This document shows, in pieces, positions 63,065-64,000 of a stretch of DNA of 64,000 bases. Both the position numbers and the translations under genes were made by a program. Source of the DNA: Octopus bimaculoides (taxonomy: Eukaryota); the NCBI RefSeq assembly GCF_001194135.2, contig NC_068983.1, positions 88,640,677 through 88,704,676 on the forward strand. The letters are read 5' to 3'. The number at the start of each line of letters is the position of its first letter. Position 1 is the first letter of the stretch. The notes under the pieces were generated by a model. The model ran no database searches. It saw only the letters and a program-made list of their open reading frames with translations, and was not told the DNA's origin.

Positions 63065-63225
63065 TTTGGCACAAGGCTTGAAATTTGGAGGAGGTTAGTC
63101 AATTACATGACCCCTCACTGGTACTTTATTTCACCGACCCTGGAAAGATGAAAGGCAATGTAAAGAGCCAGAACAAATATTACAAGGTATTTTTTTCCCC
63201 ACACTCTAACAATTTTGCCAGCTAG
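63065..63225 (-). mobile_element. SINE family A copy (internally deleted)
   Basis: GCACAAGGCTTGAAATTTGG...CTGGTACTTTATTTC...GATGAAAGGCAA...GCCAGCTAGCC. Confidence 0.7.
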
Positions 63226-63780
63226 CCACATCATCATCATCATCATCGTTTAACATCCGCCTTCCATGCTAGCATGGGTTGGACGATTTGACTGAGGTCT
63301 GGTAAACCAGATGGCTGCACCAGGCTCCAATCTGATCTGGCAGAATTTCTACAGCTGGATGCCCTTTCTAACGCCAACCACTTTGAGAGTGTAGTGGGTG
63401 CTTTTATGTGCCATCAGTACACGAGGGCCAGTCACACGGTACTGGCAATGGCCACACTCAAATGGTGTTTTTTACATGCCACCTGCACAGGAGTCAGTCC
63501 AGCAGTACTGGCAATGGCCTCGCTCGAATGCTTTTTCACGTGTCACCGGCACAAGTGCCAGTAAGGCGATGCTGGTAATGATCACACTCAAATGGTGCTA
63601 TTTACGCGCCACTGGCACAGAAGCCAGACAGCTGCTCAGGCAATGATCCCACTCAGATGGTGCTATTAGTGCTCCACTGGCACAGGTGCCAGTCATCGAA
63701 TTTGGTTCAATCACGATTTCGATTTCACTTGCCCCAACAGGTCTTCGCAAGTCGAGTTTAGTGTCCATTGAAGGAGAGGT
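63226..63780 (-). mobile_element. RTE 3' UTR fragment with five ~65-bp hairpin units
   Basis: (CAT)n tail, CCATGCTAGCATGG at 63264-63277, and units starting at about 63397, 63464, 63530, 63594 and 63659. Confidence 0.88.
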
Positions 63781-63799
63781 GCTAAATAATAACTGTTTC

Positions 63800-63990
63800 T
63801 AATTCAAGCATAAGGCTTGAAAGTTTGAGGGAGTGGATTAGACAAGTTTATCAACCCCAGTACTTGACTGATACTTTATTTTGTTGACTCTGGAGGGATG
63901 AAAGGCAAAACTGACTTTGGTAGGATTTGAACACAGAATGTAAAGTGCCAAAATAAAATTGTATGTCTGGAGTTCAAATCCAGCTGTCTT
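63800..63990 (-). mobile_element. SINE family A copy
   Basis: ACCCCAGTACTTGACTGATACTTTATTTTG...GGATGAAAGGCAAA...ATTTGAAC. Confidence 0.7.
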
Positions 63991-64000
63991 TCATTCTTCC

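Noticed and set aside
63395-63700. CRISPR- or integron attC-like array
   Set aside because: The units are degenerate along their whole length with no unique spacers, there are no cas or integrase genes, and they sit within a eukaryotic LINE 3' UTR.

Overview
Eukaryotic, AT-rich and very repeat-dense DNA from a gapped draft assembly. The SINE/LINE families and microsatellite load point to an octopus (coleoid cephalopod); this is an inference. The only well-supported host gene is the 3' part of an unidentified coiled-coil protein gene on the minus strand: three phase-compatible exons at 54414-54284, 45216-45134 and 34238-34100, ending ...HAHKKLTIF*. There are weaker candidate plus-strand exons at 7476-7679 and 30754-30808. 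Most of the remaining recognisable sequence is decayed mobile DNA: many copies of an RTE-clade LINE, a near-full-length BovB-like RTE, R4/Dong-like LINEs in (TAA)n, three distinct Penelope-like (GIY-YIG) elements, an ORF1-only gag-like element, Tc1, mariner, pogo/Tigger and Helitron relics, two tRNA-derived SINE families and a tRNA-like relic. The most unusual observations are: (i) a C4HC3 PHD finger inserted inside the RT domain of the dominant RTE family; (ii) a copy-number-variable array of ~65-bp hairpin units in that family's 3' UTR; (iii) hammerhead-ribozyme-like motifs at Penelope 3' ends and in a ~310-bp foldback; (iv) a short 3'-end similarity between a SINE and a Penelope hammerhead. 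No prokaryotic system or CRISPR array is present. All analysis was done by eye, and TE boundaries are approximate.
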